Assembly (NCBI GenBank): GCA_964457525.1
Contig: CAYWGS010000069.1
Coordinates: 1 to 7,500, forward strand
DNA length: 7,500 nt
Direction: 5' to 3'
Origin: an uncultured Erysipelotrichaceae bacterium
GTDB lineage: Bacteria; Bacillota_I; Bacilli_A; Erysipelotrichales; Erysipelotrichaceae
The notes under the pieces were generated by a model, which had not been told where the DNA came from, made no database searches, and saw nothing but the letters and a program-made list of their open reading frames with translations. Position 1 is the first letter of the stretch; every line of letters starts with the position of its first letter. This document shows, piece after piece, positions 6,431 to 7,500 of this stretch. Made by a program: the position numbers and the translations under genes.

Positions 6431-7500
6431 ATGTTTAAAATATTACCACCTAATGAATTATTATCCATTCAAACAGATAAGTTTAAAGATTTCATCATTT
6501 CTGTTCGTTTTTCGTATCCGAATGTTGAACCGTATGTTACATTATCTAATTTATTATCTTACATGATGACGGATCGTTGTTTAGAATATCCTACTAAACA
6601 AGCTATGTCATTAAAAATGGATGAGTTGTTTGGATTAAGCTTGAATACTAAGACGAGTTCAAATGGTCATGCACATACCTTTGAAGTAAGAATTAAGTCA
6701 CTTAATGAGCGATATACATATTTCCCGCATTTAAAGGCTTCTACAGAGTTTTTATTTTCAGCTATTACTAAGCCGTTATTAAATGAATCTACGTTTAATG
6801 AGGCTAAAATCAACCTAGAATCAACATTAAAACGTATTCAAGATAAACCTAGTTATTTAAGCTTAATCAAAGCATGTGAAGGAGTAGGTAAAGATACTCC
6901 ATTAGAAGTATTTAGTCAGGGTAATCTTAAAACATTATCAGAGATAACATTGGATGATGTATTAAAATTTCATTCTATGTTAATCAATGAGATTAAACCT
7001 AATGTACTAGTAATTGGAGATTTAAATAAGGATTCATTCAATCAGATTAAGTCTATCCTAAAGTTTAATGGTTCAAAAACTATTGACAAAACGAGTTATA
7101 AATTTGAAGCTAAACATCATTTTAGATCAATTCTTAATAAACAAGTCGATCAATCAACATTAACTCAAATTTACACAACAAATGTGGAATACAGTGATTC
7201 CAATTATTTTGCATTAAGAGTAATGATCATCATGTTAGGTCAATTACCTAATTCATTGTTATTTCAAGAAGTTAGAGAAAAACGTAGTTTATGTTATTCC
7301 ATAAGTGCAGGATCTTTTAATTTTGATGGTATTATGACAGTTCAAACAGGGATTGAACATACTAAAAAAGAACTCGTAGAGATATTAATTGAAGAACAGA
7401 TTAACAAATTAAAAAAGGGCCAATTCTCTTTAAAACTAATGAGTATTGCGAAAAAGATGTTTGTGAATGGATTAGAATCGATGGAAGATGATCCTAATGC
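6431..7500 (+). CDS. M16 (pitrilysin/insulinase) family peptidase homologue, probably the non-catalytic member of a pair (YmfF-like); 5' complete, 3' truncated by the window edge
   Basis: Not in the ORF track because it has no stop in the window. My manual translation from ATG 6431 (RBS AAGGAG 6419..6424, 6-nt spacer) gives 356 codons with no stop: MFKILPPNELLSIQTDKFKDFIISVRFSYPNVEPYVTLSNLLSYMMTDRCLEYPTKQAMSLKMDELFGLSLNTKTSS... The layout matches M16 proteins: a beta-strand then a helix carrying the HxxEH position followed by MM, an NxxT-type segment, and a later LLFQEVREKRSLCYSI (R-E-x-x-GLxY-like) motif. The HxxEH position reads N-L-L-S-Y (6548..6562). Confidence 0.8.
   Translation, partial: MFKILPPNELLSIQTDKFKDFIISVRFSYPNVEPYVTLSNLLSYMMTDRCLEYPTKQAMSLKMDELFGLSLNTKTSSNGHAHTFEVRIKSLNERYTYFPHLKASTEFLFSAITKPLLNESTFNEAKINLESTLKRIQDKPSYLSLIKACEGVGKDTPLEVFSQGNLKTLSEITLDDVLKFHSMLINEIKPNVLVIGDLNKDSFNQIKSILKFNGSKTIDKTSYKFEAKHHFRSILNKQVDQSTLTQIYTTNVEYSDSNYFALRVMIIMLGQLPNSLLFQEVREKRSLCYSISAGSFNFDGIMTVQTGIEHTKKELVEILIEEQINKLKKGQFSLKLMSIAKKMFVNGLESMEDDPN

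Noticed and set aside
1-7500. Searched for defence systems, mobile elements, CRISPR repeats, tRNA/rRNA, toxin-antitoxin pairs and long antisense ORFs
   Set aside because: All intergenic gaps are 134 bp or less and are accounted for by promoters, RBSs and terminators. There are no direct or inverted repeat arrays and no additional long ORFs on either strand in the track or by eye. No transposase/integrase/nuclease-like motifs were recognised.

Overview
Low-GC (roughly one-third G+C by eye) bacterial chromosome segment using the standard code: TGA is a real stop at 3939..3941 and Trp is TGG. This fits a Bacillota or Acholeplasma/Erysipelotrichia-like organism, not a code-4 mollicute. The window is densely coding and looks like housekeeping/salvage DNA. 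(1) A four-gene BMP-family (PnrA/NupN-type, CUT2) ABC uptake locus on the + strand: lipoprotein receptor, fused double-NBD ATPase, and two permeases. A strong intrinsic terminator and a likely internal promoter sit between the receptor gene and the ATPase gene. (2) A convergent nicotinate phosphoribosyltransferase gene (pncB, - strand) shares a bidirectional terminator with the transporter. (3) A divergent, open-ended + strand ORF (6431..>7500) is absent from the supplied ORF track because it runs off the window. It encodes an M16 (pitrilysin/insulinase) family protein whose HxxEH zinc motif is degenerate. I see no tRNA/rRNA, CRISPR array, transposase/integrase, toxin-antitoxin or defence-like genes, and no long unexplained non-coding stretch. 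I cannot support a claim of a novel system here. The findings are modest regulatory, architectural and annotation observations.
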